Positions 1-13,400 of a stretch of 64,000 bases of DNA are shown here, one piece after another. The first letter of the stretch is position 1, and every line of letters begins with the position of its first letter. The DNA is taken from NCBI GenBank assembly GCA_039621445.1, contig CP154954.1, positions 9,240,634 through 9,304,633 of the forward strand, written 5' to 3'. Source of the DNA: Euglena gracilis (lineage: Eukaryota). Both the position numbers and the translations under genes were made by a program. The notes beneath the pieces were generated by a model. The model was given only the letters and a program-made list of their open reading frames with translations, ran no database searches and was not told the origin of the DNA.

Positions 1-3000
1 CCTCCTGAGGGAGATGCAATCTCAGAGACCGAATCCCCTACATCTAAGGCTGAACAGCCAGCGGTACCTCTGGTACCACCCCTCTCCTTACCTGGAATGC
101 CAACGGCACCAACCACGACAGAATTTGTCGCATCACCGACAGTACCGACAGGTGTTTTAGGTGGTGTGCTACAGGGTCTGACCGCGGCAATGTCCGCAGT
201 ATCAGCAGTGCTGACTCATCGCGGCTCACCTGCCGCAACCCCTCCAGAAGCTCAACGGGTTCCTGCTGCTCGTAGCAGCTCAACAGCCGTACAGTCGTAC
301 AGCCGTACGGTCACAACTCCAATGGAGTTGGATGTCCCAGCAGCCAAACCAGCTGCTCAAGCACCGCCAACGGCGGAAATGCAACCACCTCCTGCCAAAC
401 CGGCAGCTCCGGCACCGCCAACGGCGGAAAGACGAGTGCCTCCGGCAGACCCTAGGTAAGAACGCCGATATGGCAAACAGAAAAAGCCTAAGGATAAACC
501 CTCAACCGAAGACACCTGCAAGCCCGCTGAAAAGCGGCGGGACGATGAGCCACCACCTGCTGGTGGAGATGGCTCTGGAGCAGGCCAAAGGCCTACCATC
601 CCTTTGCAAAGCTTTTCGGCTGCCGTTTCCTCAGGCGCTAAGCGCAATCCTCCCATCAGACCGATTCGGTGAAATGTCCCTCATGACGCCAATGAGCCAC
701 TTTGGACTGATGACGTATTGTCCAGAGTAGACCCCCTCCAGACTCGCCAGTCTAGGGCCAATATGATCCGTAACAGCAGTGACCCCTGGCTGAATAAGTG
801 GATCAAGCCCTTGTTACACCGGGTCAACCTGGTATTTTCACGACCAGCCACACCTGGCGTTTTTGGAATGCGAAAACTCCAAGGGTATTCGCCCAATATT
901 TTGGGGGAAATTTCGTCCTGGATTTCCAGGAAAATGATCCACTATTGTGGTTATGTACAGCGTGCCATAGGCTTCGAAACGGCATGCCCGCAGTGCAAAT
1001 CTGCACACGCAACCAGGACTGCATAAGCTTCCACCACGACGCATATGTGCGAAATTGCGCAGCATTGGTTTGTGATGAATGCCTATTGGCATGTCCAATA
1101 TGAACAATTTCCGCTGGACGGAAAGCGATCATGATAAGGACATACCAGTCCGTTGCATCAACTGCCTATAGGCAGATTTCTGGTTTCCTGCCGGTGGCAG
1201 TATGACTAGAGTCATACCAGAAAATGAAGACCATTTGGTCAAATTGGAACAGGACTATAGGTCCCAGATCAATTCTTACCAGTTCAAGAAATTAAAAGCT
1301 GTGCACAGCTACCGCACAGGCGGAATCGCCAAAGATTTTCATCTTGACAGCGCAGCTGTCCGACTCGCAGTCGAGTCAGCAGGCAAGGCAAAAGTGCCAT
1401 GTCTTTTTTACGACTCCGACTGGGATGGGGTGATATACCCACTTTTTCAGCACAAACCTGCCAAACCGATCAGGTTATACATTTTTGTTGCCTGAATACC
1501 CCCCTGAGGCCTATAAAATGGAATTTACCGGTTGGGTAAGAGAAATCTTAAGGCCATTCACAATACGAGCGCGAGTCGCAGGCTAGCATTGCAAGGAGGA
1601 TCCTGCCGTTTACCCGGGGAGACCCCCACATGTTCAATGCAACCACCCCCGCCTGAATTTTCGGATCTAGCCGGCAATGTTGCCACTTTTCTTTTGGGAT
1701 AGCCTCCAGAATTTTCTTCATCGAGAAGCCAACAGGCTCGGAGTACGATTACCCGATGGGTATACACAAGCATGGGAATCGCCCGACTATGATGTCGAGG
1801 AGCCTGAAAGGCAACTTGTAATTTTTGAACCTCCGATGCTGGAGATAGTGGAAACTCCTGAAGGAGATTACGTTCGGGAGATAAGACCACCAACTCCCAC
1901 AAAATGGCCATCTGTGTCATAGATACCCCAGACCTACAGGCCACAGGTCCATGCATCCTGCTCTGACGTTTTCATCGGTCCTACAGTCCCTGTATTCGGT
2001 ATCCAGCCCAGGCACATCTGCCAATATGTATTTATACTTGCATATGGAACCCCTCCCTTTTGGGCTACCTCCCGTCTGTCGAGGTATAAGCCTCTGGGGA
2101 TACCCCATCAATAACATCGTGTCCGCGCCGCGCTGTGAAGCCTTCACCCAGGGGTATATGCCGCCAGAAAGGAGACGCACAGCGCACAGCGCGCACACCG
2201 TAATAAAAGTTCCCAACTTGTCACTTTTCGGCGATGAGGCCCCATAAGACTGCCAGACAGCAAAACTTCTACTTAAGGTCTTTTGACCAGTCCCCACTCC
2301 TCTCTCCTTTACCCCCCTGGGCAAAATATCGCTGTCGCCGGCAGTTGGTTTTGTAAATAGGTCTTTCTCCCAGGTCAGATATGACTGGCCAGGTGCCCAA
2401 TCCTTCCACACCCTACCATTCAATCTTTTGTGATTACGGAATTAGACCTCCCCGCGTGCCATAGGCATACCCCAAACTGGGTGGATGGGACTTTCTGGAA
2501 TGGAAATCTTCCAACCCCATTTTCAAATGGGCTCTTCCACTTCCACCCCTTTGCCGCAATAAGCAGGCACCGAATAAGCGGTTAACCTCTTTTGCGCGTT
2601 TTTGCATTATTTCGCATTTTCCTTCCCACACCCCTGGTGACAGGAGAACCAAAAGCCGCATACGGCTCTGTGACAGGTCCCCGTCCCTAGGACTGTGTCC
2701 GGCATTCCGACTGGCCTGGTCCAGTAAGGAAATCGGGCATCGCCAGGGGAGGGGGATGTGTACCAAGCAGCCTTAAGGCCACGGTACTGTGTATGTAGGT
2801 ATAAGCCTACGGCCAGATATAGCTCTGGGTCCCATACACAGTACTATGCTAGGTGGTATTCCTAAATATGGCCAACGGCATGAATTAGGAATACCCAGCT
2901 CTACAGATCAAAACCTTATTCTGATTCTACTCTCCGCAGGCGGTATTCTATTTTGGTATTTGTTTTATCATTTACAAGACTTGATTTCCAGTTGGATTTG

Positions 3001-3050
3001 TTCTTCTGATGTCCGAAATGGACAGCCAAGTCACTTGGCATTTCTTTGCG
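1..3050. mobile_element. Probable decayed TE-derived coding sequence upstream of pol
   Basis: Intron-free stretch lacking the homopolymer-rich texture of the rest of the window. It carries broken ORFs: Pro/Ala-rich 97-459 with an internal duplication, Cys-rich 950-1100, and 1200-1920. No domain recognised. Confidence 0.4.
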
Positions 3051-4560
3051 TAGCCCATAGGGCTCCCTCGCCTGCTTTGTGCTCTGCCTCTTAATTGGGG
3101 AAAAGGGCTTTACAACTTTTCGACGCTACATTTATTTCATTTTTTTTCTGTTACTCCAACTTTTTACCTTTTCGCACCAAAGGGCGAAAGCAAGGAAAGG
3201 TTGGACGTACACTAAAAAACAAAAAGGGAGGCAGATTTTGAAGGATTTGGAGTGTGCGAGAAATTCACCACACAAGACTGGCTCGAAAAAATATACACGA
3301 GCCAGCCACAGCCAAAAATTCTGAATGGCTGTCCCAGACTTTTCCAGTTGCAAAAAAATTCAACGATTTTCCTTGGAGGGGGGTGGTAGACGTCAGGGGC
3401 TCAAACAGCCAAACAAGGCGATGCAACTACACCCTGACAAAAATTGAAAACATTTTGGTCAAAAGTGGTGCAAACTAAATGTTATCGATTAGCGATTTGA
3501 AGGAAGCTTTTCACCAACAACTTCTACACCCAGAAAGACCACCCATAGCGTGTTGTTTCACCCCCAAAGGCATTTTTGAGTGGAGAGTGAATGTAATGGG
3601 TTTGACAAATCCCCCCAACAGTTTCGGCAAAAGATCGATGACCGTTTAACACCAGTAAGGGATGTCGCCACAGGGTACATAGACGACATGCTGGTGGGGA
3701 CAACGTTCGGGGAAGGGGAGGGCCTGGTGGGGGCAAATGAAATTGGTTTGAGGAGGGTGTTGGAGGTGCTCAAAACAGAACTTTTGGTGGCCGATGAGTT
3801 CAAATCCAAACTTTTTGTTCAGGAGGTTTAAATTGGTGGCAGATTTTCGGAAACGGGACTTGGAGGCCAGCACCAGGTAAGTTACGAGCGATCGAAAAAT
3901 GGGAGGTTCCAAAAAAAATACGGCTTTGAGAGCCTTTTTGGCATTCATAAATTCCTAAATGCATACATTCACATGTGTGCCGAAGTGGCTACCCGGTTGC
4001 AAGACAAATTGAAAGTCCCCAGGGATGTTGGAAAAAAAGGGAGTCGAAAGCCTGTGGAACTTTATGAGGAAGATTTAAAAGCTTTTGAGGAGCTGAAAAA
4101 AAGGTTGTGTTCGGGCCTAATGTTGCAACGGGTAGACCCAGATAAACCCTTTGTGCTAAGGTTAGATGCCAGTGCGTACCCCTTAGAGCAGATGAAGGAG
4201 GGGGGAGGAAGACACACAGCCCAGGATGTTATTGAGAAAAAAACTGTGAAAGTGGCTTTTCTGTCTCGAAAATTGACCGAGCGGCAAAGAAAATTGACCC
4301 CCAGGGAATTGGAGACGTACGCCATAATTTTGACACTACATAATTGGGACATTTGGATTGGATTGCAACCTGTTTTGGTTTTAACCGACCACCAAAGTTT
4401 GGAGTCTTGGACAAGGGAAGTCTTAGACACCCCCAGTGGTCCGGTTGGGAGGAGGGCGAGATGGCACCAAATTTTCTCTAAGTATGATTTGACGGTGGGA
4501 TGTGTCCCGGGTAAAGAAAATACCATAGCGGATATCCTTAGTCGGTGGTCATACCTGACT
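3050..4560 (+). mobile_element. Degenerate Ty3/gypsy LTR-retrotransposon pol fragment (RT plus RNase H)
   Basis: Across stops and frameshifts it reads WLSQTFPVAKK, RGVVDVR, DLKEAFHQ, MGLTN, the YIDD RT motif at 3676-3687, then RNase H motifs PFVLRLDAS, AFLSRKL, RELETYAI, TDHQSL and GKENTIADILSR. No integrase or LTR was seen. Confidence 0.9.
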
Positions 4561-5271
4561 GCTTCGCGCCCGATGGCACCACCAAAGACCTTTTGGGAAA
4601 AAGACAGCTTTGCAAACCGCATTCACTTCAATCCAGCTTTAATCAAGCTCCGTGTACAATTGCCTATCCGGGTGGGTTGAAAGGGGTTGACAGCGGGAAA
4701 TGGGCTCCCCAGTCATTTTTTTATTCTGTGCTCTCAAATTGAGTTTTCTTGGACTGCTAAGTGGATGGGTTACCAGTTTCACCAAAACTTTGTCTGTGAG
4801 AAGTCCATTGAGATTCACCAAAGGCGATCCATTTCGATGTCCTCGTTTTGTTTGTGCAAACCTGTGCAACGGCAAATTTTACATCAAAACTCTTGGTGCC
4901 AAATTGTATTTCTGCTGTTCTGCAATACCATCAAGCTCTAAGCAGTCTCAATCACCTGTCAAAGCATTCCTCCACCAGTGCTCTCAACTCTGGGAGGCGA
5001 TTGAGGATGGTTTTGAGGAGTGTGGGGGGGCATCATTTTTTCGATTTTTTTCAAGGTCTGAAAATTTACTTGGCACACTGTATACGTATGTGTATAAATA
5101 CTCAAATATATGTGTATAAATATACCATACTGTGTATAAACACACCATACCGAGAATGAGTATTGAATGAGCATCGAATGAGTATTGAACATTGCCCAAC
5201 AAATCAACGAACCTTCAAAACGCTTCCAATACCCACGCTCTCTACAGGGATTCGCGGTCTGCGGGGCGGCC

Positions 5272-5466
5272 CAGCCAAACGCCCGGAACAGGAGCAGGGC
5301 GACGCGTTCGCCGAGGAGGTACGAGATGGGGTCCGTGAACTCCTTCTCGCTGAGCACGCCGTCCCCGTTGTGGTCCAGTGCCTTGAACTGGGCCTGGAGG
5401 GATGCCTGCTCCTCCGCGGTGAGGCCGCCGCCACGGCCACACTTGTGTGCGCCGGTGGAGGGTTGG
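5272..5466 (-). CDS. EF-hand calcium-binding protein exon
   Basis: LTAEEQASLQAQFKALDHNGDGVLSEKEFTD contains a canonical EF-hand loop (D-x-N-x-D-G-x-L-x-x-x-E) with strongly GC3-biased codons. Possible neighbouring exons are ~4960-5015 (TILNRLPELRALVEECFD) and ~6310-6370. Gene limits are unknown. Confidence 0.75.
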
Positions 5467-5923
5467 GAGGCAGGCGGGAGGACGCAGGCGAAGCACACTC
5501 CAGAATGTCCGGAAAACGTACCTCTCACCCCCTCCAAGGAACACTCGGGAGACAATCTAGACGGTCCGAACAGGCGGCGTTCGTTGGGCATGGGGGTACT
5601 CTTTCTGTGGAGATAAGGTATGTGGTGTCAATCTGGATGGTCCGAAATCCCCCTGTTCATTAGGCAAAGGCGTTTATTGGCATGGGGGGGGGAGGTAACA
5701 GAACACCAAAAACAAAACAAAAAAAGAAGGGAAATGACACAGGAAATCCGGGGCAAAAAAGGAAGAAAATTCAAATTAGAAAAACCTTTGGCAGATTCAT
5801 ATTTGGGTGAATTTCTGGTTTATAAAATGGTTTATAAAAAGGTTTACAAAATGGTTTATTAAAAGGTTTTTAAAAAAAAGTCTGCAAAAGACAAATCAAC
5901 AAATAAACGAAAATGGTTGAAAC

Positions 5924-6249
5924 CAGGGCGGTCCTTAAGGAAATAAAAAAAAAAAAACTCCGCTGTCCCAGCACGCTCAGTGAAAAATATACTGGAAAAT
6001 GGGCAAGAAATTTTGGCGTTTTTCAGCGAGAACAGGTCGACATCAGAAAAAAAAAATTGATTCCTGGCACCCTTGGACCATCGTCCATCCACCCAAGTCA
6101 TCAAAAACTGTGTTTTTCGACTGTTAAATTTTTGCACCCGTTCAAGTCCCAGTCTGACCCTTAGCCGGCCCTTTGGCCGAAAGGAGGGGGGGGGGGCGGT
6201 CCTTAAGGAAACCAAAAAAAAACTTTCCTGTCCCTTAAGGACCGCCCTG
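5924..6249. mobile_element. hAT-like MITE
   Basis: 17-bp TIR CAGGGCGGTCCTTAAGG. 8-bp TSD GTTGAAAC/GTCGAAAC (7/8). The interior recurs reverse-complemented at about 10080-10230. Confidence 0.85.
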
Positions 6250-8139
6250 GTCGAAACTTGTCAACAGTGGCTGCCTTCCATCACAACACACCTCCGAAGA
6301 AGGGCCCTGGGAGGCAGAGCGGGAGATGGTCAGCCCCTCCTCTGTCTGTGTCGCTGCAGGGCTGCAGGGCAGGCTCGAACGCCACCCGACAAATCAGAAA
6401 TCATGACAGAGATGGGACAGACATCACAAAGGCGGAACCCTCAGGTGGTCATTTTCCAGTACGCCCCCCCCCGCCCACCGACCAGGTTCCTGCAACCCCT
6501 GGTCATATAACCCCCCCCTAATAAGTGCGCAGTGCCCTAATAAGTGCGCAGTGCCCTAATAAGTGTGCACCCCCCAAGGGTCCGAAACTACCTCCCTAAA
6601 AAGTGCGCACCCCCCAACGGAGAAATCACTGTCATATCTCAGGTCGGAAAGCACACACAATTCTCAGAACTGTCCTTCTCAGACCAAATATTTCTATCGT
6701 CCAAGCCCAAATTTGACACATTTGTCACATAATCACTTGACCCATAGCTTGAAATCACAAAATTAGGGGGGAAATTGAAAAAGAGTGGGGGTAATGTCAG
6801 TATTATTGGTTTTGCCCTAAAAAGTGCACACTGCCCTAATAAGTGCGCATCCCTTGGGGTCCGAAACTACGTCCTTAAAATGCGCGCACCCGTGCACTTT
6901 TTGGGGGGGTTACATCCCATGAGGGGTCATACACACCCCCTGCCAGGATGAGGGTGGGGATGGTCGACCCCAGCCACCCACCAGCCACAGGTATCCGGAT
7001 TGCAACCCTGAACACAATCAAGGCCCTTAAGTGAATTAAAGCATGTGCTGGGACGCTGTTGTTCCAGCACATTCAATGGATAATCCACCAGAAAATGGGG
7101 ACCAACTCGAAGTTTCTCAGCGAAAAAAATGGCATGCTTGGAAATGAATTGTGCCCAGCCTGAAAATGAAGTGCAGAAAAACGCATTTTTTGATGGTTTG
7201 GCGATCTTGCTGTGTGTGCAGTGGGTTTGGCCTCATTTTTGTGTTCCTCTATCAGAATTCTTTTCTGGCGAATGAGACCAAACTTTTCATCAATTTTTTT
7301 TATTTTTGAATTTGGCTGACCGGTGAATTCCCAAATATAAAAAAAATTAAATAGAGGCTCCACACCAATGTTGCATAATGCAAACACGGACTTTTTTGGT
7401 CCAGATTCGCCGAACCGACCCCAAGTGAAAAAAGCGACCTCTCCATGGGGGACCTCCAGCTTTGGAAATGCTCGGCCATCAACAGTGCCAGAAATTTCAC
7501 AAAAAAAAAGACATAAATGAGTGCCTTCAGTGAGTTTGACTTTCATTGCAGTTATAAAATGACCTCCTCAAAGGCAATTAAATAGAAATGCAAACTGTTT
7601 TGAAAAAAAGGTTGGAAACCTTTGCTCATAATCCACGGTGAAGGCACCATTGGTCAGTCATGTGCTCCAGATATGGAATTTTCAGCATGGCCACTTCTCT
7701 TTCAGAAAGCAATGAAAGACAAAACCCCCTGCTGCCACAAACTGCAGTCACAATTCCCACAGAAGAATAAGGCCGAGGGATTCGGTGGCACCTCAATTCG
7801 AACCCACAGCGGCTGACATCGGCTGCCTCCCTGGTCGATATCACACCCGAGCCCCAAACATAACGGGATGAGGATGTATATAAAAGAAGGTGGCACAATT
7901 TTTTTCATTCATGGAACCTTCAAACGTGATCAGTTTATCTTTGTGAAGTATGGAACGTTGATTTGGGACTGACTAGGCATTTCTTCTGCAAAATACACAT
8001 TTTAAATGGGCAGCAGTTTCTGATGGGTCAAAATGGAAAACGCATATGCAAACAAATTATTTGTTTTTGCACCCTGGTTACCATGGCCTGTTTTTACCGT
8101 GGTGGGTTCGGAGTGGAGGTCTGCTGGGGGCAAATTCGA

Positions 8140-9950
8140 TATAGACAAAGCCGCTTCTGCACCCGCTCCACAGCCCCCCCCCCGCTGACCAACCCCCCCC
8201 CCAAAGCAAGAGGCCACCAACATTCCCAGGCCGCATCAAGGGGGTCGGCGATGGGGTCTTGTGACATGGCAGGTACCTCCCACCCGCAAGCAGGGCCCCC
8301 CCCCAGGTGGTTTTGGGGCCCCAATTGCCGGACCAAGAAACTCGTGGGGGCGTCAGTGCTTTTAAAGATGGGGGCGGTAGTCTTAACCGCCCACACCCCC
8401 CCACAGGTCCAATGCCAAGGCATAAACTCAATAACCCGCCACAAAAGATCGAACTTCTTGTAAACCAGCGAGTCAGAGCCGCCTGCCGAGACCGCAACCC
8501 GTCTCCCGGGGAGCGCCGCCCCACAGGAAAAAGAAAGACAGCACCCCCAGGGAGCTACACGAAACGAGTCTGAAGTGGGGTCCCAGGATCCAGTGCAGGT
8601 ACATTTGTGGGGCCGCAGTGCCGTAACCACGCCCCACCCCGCGGCGGAAGGGGGACGAGGGAGGATTGGGGCAAAAGGCTTTGCAAGAAGGGAGGGGAAA
8701 AAGGGTTGGCCCGTGTATTGAGTGGGGCTGACTCCCCCACAGCCCAGAGGGGAAAGCTGGGAACGCACGGTAAGCGGGAGAGGAGTAGTGAGAGTAAAGG
8801 CCATGGGTCGACAACGGAGGGGTACCGGGTTATTTGCAGGACTTGAAATGAGGTTGAGATGTGTCAACAAGCTCCGAGGGGGGGGGGGGGGGGGCGGGGG
8901 GGCGCCGGGGCCGCAAGGTTTCAAAAGAATTATGGTTCGTTTGAAATTTGTCCTTTCGCAATGGGCCTGCCCGGTACCCCACCTTCCTCGTTTGACAATA
9001 AAATAGAATCTTGGGGTTTGTTTATGGTCAAGGGAATTTGACGCTAGACTGGGGATGAGTGGGGGTCGAACTGTGGGGTGCCTGTGTTTTTAGGCTCCCC
9101 CGGCCACGGCACATATGAATTCTTCCACTCTGATTCGCAACCTGGAGATACATCTGGGTGCCCCCCCCCCCACATTCCTCACTTCCAAAATCCTTGGATT
9201 TTCCTTTGCTGTCCCCACCAGGCTTCTTTTTACCAACTCCGGGGGGGCGGGGAGGGGGTCTTGTGCAATGGGGTACCTCCCACAGCAGGCACCCCCCCCC
9301 CCGGTCGGTTTTGGGCCCCATTGCCTGCCGACCAAAGTGGTGGCCAATATTCGCTTAAAAATGAAATCTTCGGGCCCCGGCATCTTCGGCACCGGGGGTA
9401 GTACCACCCGCCCAAAATCCGCCCACCCCCCCCCTCATAATGCCAACCCAAGGCACCAACCTCTCTGGGGGGGGAGCGAACTTCTTGTAAAAGAAGTGGT
9501 CACCTCCCAGGGTTTGGTGCTCGGCCACCAGCCACCCGTCTCCCGGGCCGCCGCCCCACAGACCGCCGGCACAGGGGACGGGGCTGCCGTGCCGCCGCCC
9601 CCGCCGGAAACGGAGAGACCGACCCTGGGGGAGACGGAGGCGGCTTGCTGCTGGACGGGCACAGTGTTGTTGGCCCGTGTATTTGTGGGCGCCGCAGTCC
9701 TCCCCCCCCCCCTCAGCCCAGGGGGAGGAAGCTTGGGGCCAATTTCGCACGGTAAGAATCCCGCCGAGCGATGAGCAAAATGTGCTGAAAGGCCGAAAAA
9801 TGGGTCGGAAGTAAAGGCCAGAGACAACTGTATAGGGCAAATTTGCATGTGAGGAGGAGTGTGTCCAAGCTCGGGGGGGGGGGGGGGATGCCGCGAGGGC
9901 ATCTTTGAAAAATTGAGAATATGGTTCGTTTCAAAAATATTTTAGAAGAT
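8140..9950. repeat. Diverged tandem copies of a roughly 1-kb repeat
   Basis: 8140-8525 resembles 9150-9560, and 8706-8950 resembles 9669-9940 (shared GTTGGCCCGTGTATT, GCACGGTAAG, TATGGTTCGTTT, GAACTTCTTGTAAA). Confidence 0.65.
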
Positions 9951-10439
9951 GTTTCGAGTTTTGATATTGATATTCTCCTTCACACGGGTGCACATACAAA
10001 AGACAAAAACAGTGGCCTTGAATCTTTCCTGTTTTGCTGGTGAAGGTGAATTTGAATCCTTTGGGGAGAAAAAATATTTCGGCCAAAGGGCCGGCTAAGG
10101 GTCAGACTGGGACTTGAACGGGTGCAAAAATTAAACAGTCGAAAAACACAGTTTTTGATGATTTGGGTGGATGGACGATGGTCCAAGGGTGCCAGGCATC
10201 ATTTTTTTTTCTGATGTCGACCTGTTCTCACTAAAATGTAGTGTATGCTGCCCACAGCTAAACCCAACATTCCTGCGGCCAGAGACAAGCCAAAATTGTC
10301 TTCCACACACCATGCCGATCCCCGACCCGGGGAAAGAACTTCCTTTCAAAGAAGTCTGCCGACGTGTCAAATGTCAAATTTGCAATTCGGCCACTTTGCA
10401 GAATGGCCGTGGGGGGGGGGGCGTGCACCAACCCACCAC

Positions 10440-13400
10440 TAGGCTGGAGGCAAAGCCACCTGGGCCGTGCACGGCGCACCGCCAACGACCCGTTACCGTT
10501 CCGACTTCGCCTCGTACTCCATTGGCCCGGCTACGCTGCCGGGGCATCTGAAAAGGGGGGTTCTGGGGGTTGGGGATTTCGGACAGGCTTCTGTTGGGCC
10601 CCTTTGTCTGTTCTGAGTCCCCCTCCAACTTAGGCAGTCTCCTTCAAACACAGCTCAGAAGAGTGGAATTGCCTTGCGCAACCGCTCAATCCAAAAGATT
10701 TCCGGATTTATCACCCGTTTCGGGTGTTTTCGGGTCCCGTTTTTGGATAAACACACGTAACCCACCCCCCCCAATAGAAGCACGGCTTGCAGCGGGCAGC
10801 CGCCTCCAGCCTATTAGGGAGGGGAGGGCTATCTCATATCTTCAAAAAAAAATCCACAACTATTAAATTCGAAGGTTCCAATTTAGAACTAAATTAAGTA
10901 AAAATCGCGAAAGCAGCATTGGACAGCCTTTCAGTCTGCGGATATACTGGGCCTCACATTCTGCTCCCTGGGAACTGGTCGAACAAGATCACAGTATCCA
11001 CCTTACTGCCAGAACAGCCGCTTTTTGAGAACGAATTAAAACGTCAATCACTTGCGAAATTGCAAAAGTCAGGTTTCCATTCTTTGCTTCCATGGTCCCT
11101 GGGATAATAAAAAAGGTCTTTGCTTATAAAAAAAAAAGGTCTTTGCGTTATGTGCCCCAAACCTCGGTTCAAAGCAAGGGATGTGCACTTTTTTAATTGT
11201 TGCCCACCAATTTTGCCTTTTCGTCCACATCCACTGGTTTGAGGGTTCTTGTGGGGGGAAGGCAAAAAAGGCTGTTTCAGAAACCCCAAGGGGTTTTCTG
11301 AAACCCCTAGTTTTTGCCAGTTTGAAAAATAAAAAATGGGGGAAGGTTTTGGGCACGCTCCGAGGTTGCAAGCATCCCCCAAAAAGTCCCAGGAACTGAC
11401 TATTGGCATATTTTCGTGTTTTCCTTCCACACGTTTGTTTGTGATACTTGGGCTGCAAAACATCGTCTCGACCCCCCCCCCGGGGGGTCGTTAAAGAACA
11501 CCCTGATAGGAAGAAAAATTTTCAATGGGGGGGAGGAGGTTGTTAAAAGCGGCAGTGGCCGATTTAAAAAAAACTGAAACAATCCTCTGAAAGAAGTCCA
11601 AAAATGCAAAGGAAAAATTGCAATATGAAATGAGGATCCTGTTTTATGTTCTACCACAAATGTATGCCCTTTGACTTTGGACTTCGGGGGTGTCGCCTAG
11701 AGGATAGGGGAGGTGATGCTTTTTTCCCCGTATTTTTTTCCTTGCCCTATTCCATTTTTTCTTTCCAATCCCCGCTCCTTGCTTGCATTTGCAGTCAGCC
11801 GTCCTTGTCTGATGCCGATGGCGGCTTCTCAACACAAGAACACATCGATACGATCCGGGGTCCAGGGGCCAAAAAAAAGAAGCCTGCTTCAGGGACACCG
11901 TCTCTCAGGGGAGGGGAGGGGGGAGGGGAGGCCAGGGAAGCCAGCGTAGATACCAATGCCTGCGGGCAAGGGGGTTGGGGAAGGCGGCTTGCAGCCGGGG
12001 TGCACCTGGCTTGCTCCGCAGCCCCTGTCATCGGCTGAGGTGGCGGTGCCCCTGAACGCCCCACCTCCGAAAACATAAAAATAAATGGCACCGAGCCATG
12101 AGTTGACCTCCAACCCATAATAAACCGCCTCTCGGAGGGGGATACATGCGGAGTTTCGAGAAAAAAAATGCATAATTTCACAAAAAGCGGAAAGAAGGCG
12201 GCACAAAAAAATTGACGAAAACATTTGGATCACTTTCTTCGTTCTCTGGAGGCCAAATTGGCACACAATGGTGCCCTGGGCAGCCCCCATAAAAGGTTCC
12301 AAGGTGTTGCTGAATGGGTCCACAGCAGCAGGGCCGCTCGATTGACAAATGCAATGCCCGGTCCTGGTGACATGGCAGTGTGACTGGGAAACACTGTCTG
12401 TAGCATGTGCCGATGGCAACAACAATGCCCCCCCCCCCACCGAAAGGAAGTTGGTGCACCACCAGACAATCTGGGGCACATCAGAGTTTGCCTTCTTAAC
12501 AAAAAAAAATCTGAAAACACACCATGCAAAATGTTTGTCCACTCCAACGCCCCCCAACATTCAGCTGCAGCGCAAGGAGTAATGTGGCATTCGCAATGCC
12601 ATCTGCCTCTGATCTCTTTCACCCGATGTAGATGTTGGTTGGAGGGGACAGGTTCAGCTGCACCTGGAAGGGAGAATACCTCAAAAGCAGAAGCATTACA
12701 AATAAGAAAATCATCGATGCGGCAGACGAGGTTTTTGCTGGGAACTGTTCATACCACACTCAAGCCAGCGTGCCAGCCACTCATTCGCCCAGGGTCCCAC
12801 GGCAAGCCGCCAGAGTGGAGCGTGCTGCTGGAAGCATAGGGCTCCCGCGAAGGGGTCAGGTGGTTTGGCGCCCGGAGGGCGAAGTGGAAAAGGGAACGGG
12901 CGTGCCTCTTGGGCGGGTGACCGGTGCCGGCCAACGTGCACACGGCCCATACGGAACGCCACTCACCGGTGCCCGGGGGCCCGAGAAAAGCTTGCTGGCA
13001 CGCTCTCTCCCCCACCGAATAATGTGAATGCGGTAGAATGCCACATAACTCATGAAAAATTGGGCTCTCTTGGCTCTGCTGGCCTTCAACTCCCAATCGG
13101 TTAAGGCACCCTTTGGGGATTTTCCGGCTGACACCCAAATATAAGACACCCCTGGGCTGGCACCTACTTCCTCACATATAAGACACCCCCCCCATGAAAG
13201 ACCTTCCGGAATGAGTGTGGAGCAGCAAGTCTCAAGGCGCGATGAAAATAACCAATGCACGTCCAGTCTACTGCTTTTGGGTGAAGCAGGAGGTCAGAAG
13301 CAACTGCTTTTTGGGTGTAGCAGAACAAGGACGAGAATCTATTATTTTGAACAATAAGAAAGCGACCAATCTGCAAGTGGTGACGAATGCCATTCAGACA

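Noticed and set aside
4560-4680. C-terminal extension of the RNase H ORF as an integrase
   Set aside because: No HHCC or DDE motifs. Similarity to pol ends at ADILSRW.
8526-9683. Apparent exons (9683-9561 and 8605-8555) separated by a TGTGGGGC...GCCCCACA element
   Set aside because: The putative exons themselves resemble parts of the neighbouring repeat copy, there is no TSD, and the join does not follow the +4/-6 rule. A diverged tandem repeat explains it better.
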